Part shown: one piece after another, positions 9,788-18,118 of the stretch
Layout of the letters: each line of letters begins with the position of its first letter
Numbering within the stretch: position 1 is the stretch's first letter
Origin: Xanthomonas campestris pv. campestris str. ATCC 33913
GTDB taxonomy: Bacteria > Pseudomonadota > Gammaproteobacteria > Xanthomonadales > Xanthomonadaceae
Assembly: GCF_000007145.1 (NCBI RefSeq)
Contig: NC_003902.1
Location: 250,325 to 282,324, forward strand
Direction: 5' to 3'
DNA length: 32,000 nucleotides
Position numbers and translations under genes: made by a program
Notes under the pieces: generated by a model
Database searches by the model: none
Seen by the model: the letters and a program-made list of their open reading frames with translations, nothing else
Told to the model about the DNA's origin: nothing

Positions 9788-9896
9788 TCTGCCTTGTGAG
9801 GCGCCGCGCAAGCCCCCATTGCTTGCGTGAGATACTGCGTTTTCACGTCTGCATCACTCAACGTTGCATCCATCGAACTGTTTTCTGGAGTTAGGA

Positions 9897-10409
9897 ATGT
9901 CCGACGAAATCCTCAACGGCGCCGCTGCGCCGGCCGACGCCGCTGCTGGCCCCGCTTTCACCATCGAAAAGATTTACGTCAAGGACGTTTCTTTCGAATC
10001 GCCGAACGCCCCGGCCGTCTTCAATGACGCCAACCAGCCCGAGCTGCAGTTGAACCTCAACCAGAAGGTGCAGCGCCTCAACGACAACGCGTTCGAAGTC
10101 GTGCTGGCTGTGACCCTGACCTGCACCGCCGGTGGCAAGACCGCCTACGTGGCCGAAGTGCAGCAGGCTGGCGTGTTCGGCCTGGTCGGCCTGGAGCCGC
10201 AGGCGATCGACGTGCTGCTCGGCACCCAGTGCCCGAACATCCTGTTCCCATACGTGCGCACCCTGGTCAGCGATCTGATTCAGGCCGGCGGCTTCCCGCC
10301 GTTCTACCTGCAGCCGATCAACTTCGAAGCGCTGTACGCCGAAACCCTGCGCCAGCGTTCGCAGGGCGAAACCTCGCTGGCCGATTCCGAGCCGGCCGGC
10401 AACGCGTAA
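9897..10409 (+). CDS. secB: Protein-export chaperone SecB
   Basis: [21 protein letters not shown] ... [36 protein letters not shown] is a classic SecB sequence. A GGAG RBS lies 6 nt upstream of ATG 9897. Confidence 0.95.
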
Positions 10410-10426
10410 GCGTTGTTGCGCACCGG

Positions 10427-11452
10427 ATGAGCGATCCGACACAGAAAATCGCCGTTCTCGGCGCCGGTTCCTGGGGCACGGCCCTGGCGGCGCTGGTTGC
10501 CCGGCACGGTCACCCGACCGTGCTCTGGGGCCGCGATGCGGCGATGGTGGATGCCATCGACCGCACCCACGAGAACCCTCGCTATCTGCCAGGCATTGCC
10601 CTGCCGGACAGCCTGCGCGCGACCACCGACCTGCAGCAGACCATCGCCGGCGCCAGCTGGATCCTGGTGGTGGTGCCGTCGCACGCGTTTACCGAAACAA
10701 TCAAGCTGCTCGCGCCGCTGCGCCCAGCTGGCGCGGGCATCGCCTGGGCCACCAAGGGCTTCGAGCCGGGATCCGGGCGCTTCCTGCATGAAGTGGCGCG
10801 CGACATCCTTGGCCCCAGCGTGCCGCTGGCCGTGGTGACCGGGCCCTCGTTCGCCAAGGAAGTCACCCTGGGCCTGCCGACCGCGATCACCGTGCACGGC
10901 GATGACGCCGCGTTTGCGCAGGTGGTGGCCGATGCCATGCACGGGCCCACTTTCCGCGCTTACACCGGCGATGACATGGTCGGTGCCGAACTGGGCGGCG
11001 CCATGAAGAATGTGCTGGCGGTTGCCACCGGCGTGGCCGATGGCATGCAGCTGGGCCTCAACGCCCGTGCCGGCCTGATCACGCGCGGCTTGAACGAGAT
11101 GCTGCGCCTGGCCGCGGTCATCGGCGCACGGCCGGAAACATTGATGGGCCTGGCTGGCCTGGGCGATCTGGTGCTGACCTGCACCGGCGATCTGTCACGC
11201 AATCGGCGGCTGGGTCTGGCGCTGGGACGCGGGCAGAGCTTGAGCGATGCCATCCGTGAGATCGGCCAGGTGGTTGAATCGGTGCAGACCGCCGACGAGG
11301 TCATGCGTCAGGCAGAGCAGCATGGCATCGAGCTGCCGATCTCCAACGCAGTGCGTGCAGTCCTGCATGGCGAGATCACCCCGGAAGCGGGATTGAAGGA
11401 ATTGCTGGCACGCGAGCGCAAGCCCGAGTATCCGCAGACCTTGTTTACCTGA
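10427..11452 (+). CDS. gpsA: NAD(P)H-dependent glycerol-3-phosphate dehydrogenase
   Basis: [15 protein letters not shown] Rossmann motif, the downstream GpsA motifs ([17 protein letters not shown]) and the position after secB. Confidence 0.95.
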   Translation: MSDPTQKIAVLGAGSWGTALAALVARHGHPTVLWGRDAAMVDAIDRTHENPRYLPGIALPDSLRATTDLQQTIAGASWILVVVPSHAFTETIKLLAPLRPAGAGIAWATKGFEPGSGRFLHEVARDILGPSVPLAVVTGPSFAKEVTLGLPTAITVHGDDAAFAQVVADAMHGPTFRAYTGDDMVGAELGGAMKNVLAVATGVADGMQLGLNARAGLITRGLNEMLRLAAVIGARPETLMGLAGLGDLVLTCTGDLSRNRRLGLALGRGQSLSDAIREIGQVVESVQTADEVMRQAEQHGIELPISNAVRAVLHGEITPEAGLKELLARERKPEYPQTLFT

Positions 11453-11486
11453 GCCCTGCGTGCGTTGCGTACGTGATCCAAGACAA

Positions 11487-11516
11487 CAAAAAAGCCCGGC
11501 ATTGCCGGGCTTTTTG
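11487..11516 (+). terminator. Rho-independent terminator of gpsA
   Basis: AAAAAAGCCCGGCattGCCGGGCTTTTT: a perfect GC stem flanked by an A-tract and a T-tract, so potentially bidirectional. Confidence 0.9.
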
Positions 11517-11856
11517 TTGGTGCGGCGCGTTTCATGCTGCCGCTGCAGTGCAAACGAGGCCAGGCTGCTACCAGCGCTGACTGTGCAATCGTGTGCTGAG
11601 CAGTCTCGGGTTCTACATGCTCTTAGGGCCGTACGCCGGATTGGCGACGCGTGTCCATCGCAGAATCTCCGTGCTGCGCATTGCGCGCCAAGATTAGGGA
11701 GGCGTATCAGCAACACCGTGCTTTCGACCAGTGCGCCAGGGTGACGCGGCAGAAGCTGTCGTGTGCACACGTGTCAGCTTCGGCGCTGGGAAGCCGAGTC
11801 TGCGAAACGCGCCGGCTTGCACAGGCGCATGCATGCGCATGCAACTCCGACCGCAC

Positions 11857-11920
11857 AAAAGAAAGAAGCCCGGTCGGGGGACCGGGCTTCCGATGCAGCG
11901 CGGGAGAGAGTCGCGCTGCA
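11857..11920 (-). terminator. Two consecutive hairpins downstream of ax21, the second being a canonical rho-independent terminator
   Basis: The first is TGCAGCGCG-n9-CGCGCTGCA (11894-11920). The second is GAAGCCCGGTC-nnnn-GACCGGGCTTC (11865-11890), followed on the minus strand by TTTCTTTT. Confidence 0.8.
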
Positions 11921-11934
11921 GTCAAACGTGCGGC

Positions 11935-12531
11935 TTACCAGCTGAAGCGCGGGCCGACCGACCATTCCTTGTTGCCGTCGCCATCCATACGGATGTCGCC
12001 GTTGATGCCCCAGTTCTGGTTCAACTTCACCTGGGCGCCAAGGCGGCCGTAGAAGTTGTCGCCGAGGTCGACGCCACGCTTCTTGGAGAAGTCTTCGTAG
12101 CCAGCCAGGGCATAGACTTCGAAGTGCTCACCGAAGGCGTTACGCAGACCGGCTTCAACGCTGTAGCCATCGAAGCTAATGTTCGGGGTGTCCAGGTCCA
12201 GCTTGCGGTAGGCAACGCGGGCAACGAAATCGGTGCTCGTTGCGATCTCGTGGTTGTAGCCCACACCGACGCCCCACTGCTGGAAGTCGGAGTTCGAGCT
12301 CTCGAACACACTGTCGTTGTCGTCAGCGTTCTGCTTGCTGTAATCGCCGAACACATGGAAGTTCGGAGCGAAGGCATAGGACGCCTTCACGCCCCAACCA
12401 TCTGCATCGCGACCTTCGGTCGGGGTGCGCACGTAGTCGCCTTCGACGAAGTTGTAGGAGAGGTTTTCGGCAGCGGAGGCCGCAAACGGCAGGGCAGCGA
12501 GAAGGCCGAGGGCCAGCAGAGAAGTCTTCAT
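11935..12531 (-). CDS. ax21: Ax21 / Omp1X-family outer-membrane beta-barrel protein
   Basis: A signal peptide (MKTSLLALGLLAALPFAASA) is followed by AENLSYNFVEGDYVRTP, the peptide known as AxYS22. The sequence has alternating beta-strand character and a C-terminal aromatic residue (RFSW). Confidence 0.9.
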   Translation of the reverse strand: MKTSLLALGLLAALPFAASAAENLSYNFVEGDYVRTPTEGRDADGWGVKASYAFAPNFHVFGDYSKQNADDNDSVFESSNSDFQQWGVGVGYNHEIATSTDFVARVAYRKLDLDTPNISFDGYSVEAGLRNAFGEHFEVYALAGYEDFSKKRGVDLGDNFYGRLGAQVKLNQNWGINGDIRMDGDGNKEWSVGPRFSW

Positions 12532-12879
12532 GGTCGAGATACCTGTACTTATGGTTTGGGCCGGCGCTGAGGCGAATGCCGTTCGCTGCCGAGATGTAAA
12601 TTCTCCGTTATTCGATGGAACGCGACATGAATTTGGAACTGACCGGTTGATGAATCATCGCGCCAAGTTCAGCTGCGCTTTCTTGTGGCTGTCAGCGTAT
12701 GCGAGTAGCGCACGTGCAAAGCGTGACGCAGCGTTACGTGCATCCTAGCGATGTGATGATGGCGTGTAGGTTTCGCACAAAAACACTGCAAATCCTGCAT
12801 CGCGCTGTTGCAAGCGAGCACATCGCCGATACGCGCGCACTGGGAGCATAGGTGTCCCCAGAAGAAGCGGAGCAGCATC

Positions 12880-14607
12880 GTGGCGAAGAAGAAGACGGTG
12901 GCGCGGTTCATGGCCGAAACGCTGGAAAGTGCCGGGGTGGAGCGAATCTGGGGGGTGACCGGCGATAGTCTCAACGGGCTGACCGACGCATTGCGCGAGA
13001 TGCATAGCATCGAATGGATGCATGTGCGCCACGAAGAGGTGGCGGCATTCGCGGCCGGCGCAGAGGCCGCGGTGACCGGCAAGCTGGCGGTGTGCGCCGG
13101 CAGTTGCGGGCCGGGCAATCTGCATTTGATCAATGGGCTGTTCGATTGCCACCGCAGCCGGCAGCCGGTGCTTGCCATCGCCGCGCATATCCCCTCGTCC
13201 GAGATCGGCTTGAGCTATTTCCAGGAGACGCATCCGCAGGAGCTGTTCCGCGAATGCAGCCACTTCGTCGAGCTGGTGACCAACCCGGCGCAGTTGCCGG
13301 AGGTGCTGCACCGTGCGATGCGCACAGCGATCCTGCAGCAAGGCGTGGCCGTGGTGGTGATTCCCGGCGACATCGCGCTGATGGAGGTCGACAAACACCT
13401 CTCTGCCGCGTGGCCCGTGCTACGTGCACCGCGGCTGCTGCCGGCGGCCGAGGACGTGCAGCAACTGGCGGAGATCCTGCAGCAGAGCAAGGCGGTGACG
13501 TTGCTCTGCGGCAGCGGCTGTGCCGGGGCGCACGATGCGGTGGTGGCGCTGGCCGACACGCTGGGCGCGCCGATCGTGCATGCGCTGCGCGGCAAGGAGC
13601 ATGTGGAGTGGAGCAACCCGTTCGATGTCGGCATGACCGGCTTGATCGGCTTCAGCTCCGGCTATCACGCCATGCTCAATTGCGACACCTTGATCATGCT
13701 GGGTACGGACTTCCCGTATCGCCAGTTCTATCCGAAGGACGCCACCATTGTGCAGGTGGACCGTGACCCGGCTGCACTTGGGCGTCGCACGCCCTTGCAG
13801 CTGGGCATTGCCGCCGATGTGGGCGAAACCATCGCTGCGCTGTTGCCGCAGCTGGAGCGGCGCGAGGAGCGCGGCTTTCTGGACAAGTCGCTTGCGCACT
13901 ACCGCAAGGCGCGCGAGGGGCTGGACGAATTGGCGGTGCCGGCGGACGAAGGCGAGCCCCTGCATCCGCAATTCGTCACCCGCCTGATCAGCCAGATTGC
14001 CGACGAAGATGCGGTGTTCACTTGCGACGTGGGCACGCCGACGGTGTGGGCCGCGCGTTATCTGCGCATGAACGGACAGCGCCGCCTGCTGGGCTCCTTC
14101 AACCACGGCTCGATGGCCAATGCGATGCCGCAGGCGCTGGGTGTGCAGGCGGCCTGCCCGGGGCGACAGGTGATTTCGCTCTCCGGCGATGGCGGGTTTG
14201 CGATGTTGATGGGCGACTTCATCTCGCTGGCGCAATTGAACCTGCCGGTGAAGGTGGTGGTGTTCAACAACGCATCGCTGGGATTTGTGGCGATGGAAAT
14301 GAAGGCGGCCGGGTATCTGGATACCGGTACCGAGCTGCGCAATCCGGATTTCGCTGCGATGAGCAATGCGATGGGCATCCTGGGGCTGCGCGTGGAGACC
14401 TCCTCGCAGCTGGAGCGGGCACTGCGCCAGGCGTTCGCGCATTCGGGCCCGGCCTTGGTCGACGTGCGCATTGCCACGCAGGAGCTGGTGGTGCCACCGG
14501 CGATCAAGCTGGAACAGGCCAAGGGCATGGGCTTGTATCTGCTCAAGGCGGTGATGAGCGGGCGGGGCGATGAGGTGCTGGCGCTGGCCAAGACCAACCT
14601 GCGCTGA
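12880..14607 (+). CDS. poxB: Pyruvate dehydrogenase (quinone) / pyruvate oxidase, ThDP- and FAD-dependent
   Basis: [25 protein letters not shown] matches the PoxB N-terminus, and the ThDP motif [12 protein letters not shown]...NN is present. GTG 12880 gives a PoxB-like length of 575 aa. Confidence 0.9.
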   Translation: MAKKKTVARFMAETLESAGVERIWGVTGDSLNGLTDALREMHSIEWMHVRHEEVAAFAAGAEAAVTGKLAVCAGSCGPGNLHLINGLFDCHRSRQPVLAIAAHIPSSEIGLSYFQETHPQELFRECSHFVELVTNPAQLPEVLHRAMRTAILQQGVAVVVIPGDIALMEVDKHLSAAWPVLRAPRLLPAAEDVQQLAEILQQSKAVTLLCGSGCAGAHDAVVALADTLGAPIVHALRGKEHVEWSNPFDVGMTGLIGFSSGYHAMLNCDTLIMLGTDFPYRQFYPKDATIVQVDRDPAALGRRTPLQLGIAADVGETIAALLPQLERREERGFLDKSLAHYRKAREGLDELAVPADEGEPLHPQFVTRLISQIADEDAVFTCDVGTPTVWAARYLRMNGQRRLLGSFNHGSMANAMPQALGVQAACPGRQVISLSGDGGFAMLMGDFISLAQLNLPVKVVVFNNASLGFVAMEMKAAGYLDTGTELRNPDFAAMSNAMGILGLRVETSSQLERALRQAFAHSGPALVDVRIATQELVVPPAIKLEQAKGMGLYLLKAVMSGRGDEVLALAKTNLR

Positions 14608-14652
14608 CACCGCGCTGCGCGCACACTGCACGTCTCCTCTCGGATCGCACCC

Positions 14653-14907
14653 ATGCCCCGTTCGTTGTTGCGGCAACTGTTGCTGATCTGGATCGTGATC
14701 GTGGCCGCCTGCATCGACGTGGCCAGCATGCTCTATGGGCTGTATCAGCAGACCGAAGGCGTGCGCCTGGACCAGGCACGCCAGCAACTGCAGGCGCAGT
14801 GCGGGCGCATCGTGCAGCGCTACACCGGTGCCAGCGAGGCCGCCCGCGCGGGCGATAACGGCGCGGGGCTGGCCGCGGTGGTGGTGCGCTGGTGGCCGCT
14901 TCGCTGA
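14653..14907 (+). pseudogene. N-terminal fragment (84 codons) of a membrane protein, possibly a sensor-kinase N-terminus
   Basis: One TM helix (LLLIWIVIVAACIDVASMLYGL) and a short periplasmic-like stretch are present. The frame then closes where a different frame opens with MFS-like sequence. Confidence 0.3.
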
Positions 14908-15221
14908 TCGAAGGCTGGGGCGTGTTTCCAGTGCAGATGCTCGATGGCCTGGGCGCCGGCTTGCAGAGCGTGGCGGTCCCCGCATTGGTCGCGCGGCTGC
15001 TGCATGGCACCGGCCGGGTCAACGTGGGCCAGGGCGCGGTGATGACCGTGCAAGGGATCGGTGCTGCATTGAGCCCGGCATTGGGCGGCTGGCTCAGCGC
15101 CGCCTTCGGCTACCGCACCGCGTTTCTGGTGCTGGGCGCTATCGCGCTGCTCGCGGTTGCGCTCTGGGCGAGCTGCCACACGGTGCTCAAACAGGCAGTG
15201 GCTGCCGGCGCGGCGAGGTGA
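14892..15221 (+). pseudogene. C-terminal fragment (~110 aa) of an MFS transporter
   Basis: FPVQMLDGLGAGLQSVAVPALVARL ... GQGAVMTVQGIGAALSPALGGWL ... AFLVLGAIALLAVAL look like the last 3 TM helices of an MFS protein. A stand-alone ~110-aa product is far too short to be a transporter. Confidence 0.5.
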
Positions 15222-15230
15222 TGCGCCTGG

Positions 15231-15707
15231 CTACTGCCCGCCTGTGAAGTTCCATTGTCGCCACGCCTCGAACACCATCACCGCCACGGTGTTGGACAGA
15301 TTGAGGCTGCGATTGTCCGGGCGCATCGGCAGGCGAAGCCGGTGCTGCGGCGGGATGGACTCCAGCACCTCTGCCGGCAGGCCGCGTGTTTCGGGGCCAA
15401 ACAGAAAGGCATCGCCATCGGCAAACTGCGGTGTGTCATAGCGCACGGTGCTGCGGGTACTCAGCGCAAACACGCGCTTGGGTGCGAGCGTGGCCAGCGC
15501 AGTGGGCAGGTCCGGATGCACCTGCAGACGCGCGTATTCGTGATAGTCCAGGCCGGCGCGCTTGAGCTGCTTGTCGCTGAGGTCAAAGCCCAGGGGCTCG
15601 ATCAGGTGCAGGCGCGCGCCGGTATTGGCGCACAAGCGGATCACATTGCCCGTGTTGGGCGGAATTTCGGGTTGGAACAGGATGACATCGAGGACGGGGG
15701 CTGACAT
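15231..15707 (-). CDS. trmL: tRNA (cytidine/uridine-2'-O-)-methyltransferase TrmL (SpoU/TrmH family)
   Basis: DVILFQPEIPPNTGNVIRLCANTGARLHLIEPLGF ... LFGPETRGLP ... LNLSNTVAVMVFEAWRQ is the TrmL/YibK signature. Confidence 0.9.
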   Translation of the reverse strand: MSAPVLDVILFQPEIPPNTGNVIRLCANTGARLHLIEPLGFDLSDKQLKRAGLDYHEYARLQVHPDLPTALATLAPKRVFALSTRSTVRYDTPQFADGDAFLFGPETRGLPAEVLESIPPQHRLRLPMRPDNRSLNLSNTVAVMVFEAWRQWNFTGGQ

Positions 15708-15761
15708 GCGCGCAGTGTAGCTGCGCCGCGCATGGGCCGGCCGGTAATGACCGGCCGGCAG

Positions 15762-16220
15762 TTACTGGCCCAGGGTGGCGCTGACCAGTGCTTCCAGCTC
15801 GACCGGGGTGGGCTGCAGCTGCGGCACCGGCAGGTTGACGATGACCTGGCCGACCAGCGCACCCAGTGCAGCAGCGGCGTGGCCGGTGGCAGCCTGCGCG
15901 GTGGCGGCAGCGGTATGCACCAGCAGGTCGGCGCGCTGTTCGGCGGTCGGACGCACCTGCACGGTGGCCAGGGTCACGATGCGCGGGCCGGCCTGTTCGG
16001 CGGCCAGGGCAGCCAGTTGCTCGGTCGAAGGGCGCACCTGCACTGCGTTCAAGGTGCGGATGCCGCTGCTGCGCTCCAGCGTCTGCTGGGCGATCTGGTC
16101 GACGGCCGGGCGGACCTGCACGGTGTCCAGCGTGGTGAGGGAAGCGGCATGCGCGTTGGCAAAGGAGGCGCCGGCAATCAGGGCGGCGGCGAGGGCGATG
16201 CGCAGGGTCTTGGTGGTCAT
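15762..16220 (-). CDS. Secreted protein with three VQVRP-x2-[DE]Q repeats (152 aa), function unknown
   Basis: A signal peptide (MTTKTLRIALAAALIAGASFANAHA) is followed by TLDTVQVRPAVDQ, TLNAVQVRPSTEQ and TLATVQVRPTAEQ at 26-27-aa spacing, then an Ala-rich tail. Confidence 0.6.
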   Translation of the reverse strand: MTTKTLRIALAAALIAGASFANAHAASLTTLDTVQVRPAVDQIAQQTLERSSGIRTLNAVQVRPSTEQLAALAAEQAGPRIVTLATVQVRPTAEQRADLLVHTAAATAQAATGHAAAALGALVGQVIVNLPVPQLQPTPVELEALVSATLGQ

Positions 16221-16606
16221 GGCGAGGTCTCTTGGTGTGGGTGATCAGTGGTGTGGTAGTAAGGTAGTACACCGTTTCGGTAGCTGCAAGAACTTTCGGT
16301 GCTGTTTTTATTTTGTTCAGCGTGCAGTCATATTTTCTGGCAGCGCACGGGGCGTTGGATGGCTGCGATAACCAGAGCAATCGCCGTGCCATCTTTAAGT
16401 CGTTGTTTTTGAAGGCGGCGGTGCCGCATGGGGCTGTCCGCATCCGGACAACCGGACACCGCCTCGGTCGGGCGGACGCGCCGGACCAAGGCCTGGGCGG
16501 GAGCGCAGCGCACACCGGGGGCCGCCGGTCGCCTCTCGGTAGCGCGCCTTATTGCCAATTCAGGCAGCTACGGCACAATCCGGCTTTGCCCTCAGGTGTC
16601 TGTCTT

Positions 16607-16927
16607 ATGCGCGTGATCCTGCTGTCTGTTCTGGTTGCCGCCACCACCGCGGCCTGCACCTGGGTTCCCATCGAACAGAGCGGCAAAGGCGTGCAGGTCC
16701 TGCCCGCAGGCCCTGTGCCAGCTGGCTGTCAGCAGCAGGGCGAAGTGGTGGTGACGGTCAAGAGCAAGGTCGGTTTCTACAATCGCAACCCGTTGCGGGT
16801 GCAGGAAGAACTGGAAACCCTTGCGCGTAACGAGGCGCCCGGCGCCAATGCCAACACCGTGCAGGCGCAAGGCCAGCCGCTTGATGGCAGCCAGCGTTTC
16901 AACGCGTTCCGGTGCCCGCCGCGCTGA
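16607..16927 (+). CDS. Small lipoprotein (DUF4156-like, 106 aa)
   Basis: A lipobox-like sequence (LLSVLVAATTAAC) starts the protein, and the end of the protein ...GANANTV... is typical of this family. The real start, ATG 16607, lies inside the longer ORF 16313..16927. Confidence 0.6.
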   Translation: MRVILLSVLVAATTAACTWVPIEQSGKGVQVLPAGPVPAGCQQQGEVVVTVKSKVGFYNRNPLRVQEELETLARNEAPGANANTVQAQGQPLDGSQRFNAFRCPPR

Positions 16928-17028
16928 ACCGTTGGGCTGGGGCGAGCGCGGGGCAAATGTAAAGATGCGGTAAAAGCGGCCAGCAGATAGAATGGCGCCC
17001 CCTCGCCTGACGCCATGGCGCTACTTCG

Positions 17029-18045
17029 ATGCTCTTCCAGAATGTCTCCATCGCGGGACTGGCGCATATTGATGCGCCGCACACGCTGACTTCCAAGGAA
17101 ATCAACGAGCGCCTGCAACCGACCTACGACCGTCTTGGGATCAAGACCGACGTATTGGGCGATGTTGCCGGTATCCATGCACGGCGCTTGTGGGACCAGG
17201 ATGTCCAGGCATCGGACGCCGCCACCCAGGCTGCCCGCAAGGCCCTGATCGATGCCAACATCGGCATCGAGAAGATCGGCTTGCTGATCAATACCTCGGT
17301 GAGCCGTGATTACCTGGAGCCGTCCACGGCCTCCATCGTGTCCGGCAACCTGGGTGTCAGCGACCACTGCATGACCTTCGACGTGGCCAACGCCTGTCTT
17401 GCCTTCATCAATGGCATGGACATCGCTGCGCGCATGCTCGAACGCGGCGAGATCGACTACGCCCTGGTCGTGGATGGCGAAACCGCTAATCTTGTTTACG
17501 AAAAAACCCTCGAGCGCATGACCTCGCCGGACGTCACCGAAGAAGAGTTCCGCAACGAACTCGCTGCATTGACGCTGGGCTGCGGTGCGGCCGCGATGGT
17601 GATGGCACGTTCGGAGCTGGTCCCCGACGCGCCGCGCTACAAGGGCGGCGTGACGCGCTCGGCCACCGAGTGGAACAAGCTGTGCCGGGGCAACCTGGAC
17701 CGCATGGTCACCGACACCCGCCTGCTGCTGATCGAAGGCATCAAGCTGGCGCAGAAAACCTTCGTGGCCGCCAAGCAGGTGCTGGGCTGGGCCGTGGAGG
17801 AGCTGGACCAGTTCGTCATCCACCAGGTCAGCCGCCCGCACACTGCGGCGTTCGTGAAGTCCTTCGGCATCGACCCGGCCAAGGTCATGACCATCTTCGG
17901 TGAGCACGGCAACATCGGCCCGGCCTCGGTGCCGATCGTGTTGAGCAAGCTCAAGGAGCTGGGCCGGTTGAAGAAGGGCGATCGCATCGCGCTGCTCGGC
18001 ATCGGTTCGGGCCTGAACTGCTCGATGGCCGAAGTGGTTTGGTGA
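17029..18045 (+). CDS. oleA: OleA: FabH-like thiolase catalysing head-to-head Claisen condensation of acyl-CoAs (olefin pathway)
   Basis: This is a 338-aa KAS-III-like protein with the nucleophile Cys in FDVANACLAF. The same neighbourhood encodes an alpha/beta hydrolase, an AMP-ligase and a 3beta-HSD-type reductase, which together form the oleABCD set known from Xanthomonas and Stenotrophomonas. Confidence 0.85.
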   Translation: MLFQNVSIAGLAHIDAPHTLTSKEINERLQPTYDRLGIKTDVLGDVAGIHARRLWDQDVQASDAATQAARKALIDANIGIEKIGLLINTSVSRDYLEPSTASIVSGNLGVSDHCMTFDVANACLAFINGMDIAARMLERGEIDYALVVDGETANLVYEKTLERMTSPDVTEEEFRNELAALTLGCGAAAMVMARSELVPDAPRYKGGVTRSATEWNKLCRGNLDRMVTDTRLLLIEGIKLAQKTFVAAKQVLGWAVEELDQFVIHQVSRPHTAAFVKSFGIDPAKVMTIFGEHGNIGPASVPIVLSKLKELGRLKKGDRIALLGIGSGLNCSMAEVVW

Positions 18046-18080
18046 TCCGTCGCTGATGACGTGTTAAGAAAATTGGATTT

Positions 18081-18118
18081 TTAGAACACGTTCCATCATC
18101 ATGTTCGTTCTAAGAACA
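18081..18118 (+). promoter_or_regulatory. Operator-like repeats immediately upstream of fic
   Basis: TTAGAAC (18081-18087) and GTTCTAA (18107-18113) form a perfect inverted repeat. AGAACA occurs at 18083 and 18113 with TGTTC (18102-18106) between them. All of this sits in the AT-rich 72-bp leader. Confidence 0.4.

Noticed and set aside
9807-9827. The hairpin CGCAAGC-n7-GCTTGCG after the rhodanese gene, as a terminator
   Set aside because: No adjacent U-tract is present, and secB lies immediately downstream in what is probably the same transcription unit.
13420-14985. A 521-aa ORF antisense to poxB
   Set aside because: poxB on the plus strand has ThDP/FAD enzyme motifs along its full length. 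The antisense ORF is a GC-rich artefact.
16275-16305. A direct repeat TTTCGGTnGCTG at 16275 and 16294, upstream of the VQVRP-repeat gene, as a regulator binding site
   Set aside because: It is short and imperfect, with only two copies and no supporting symmetry or known motif. That is too weak to report as a feature.
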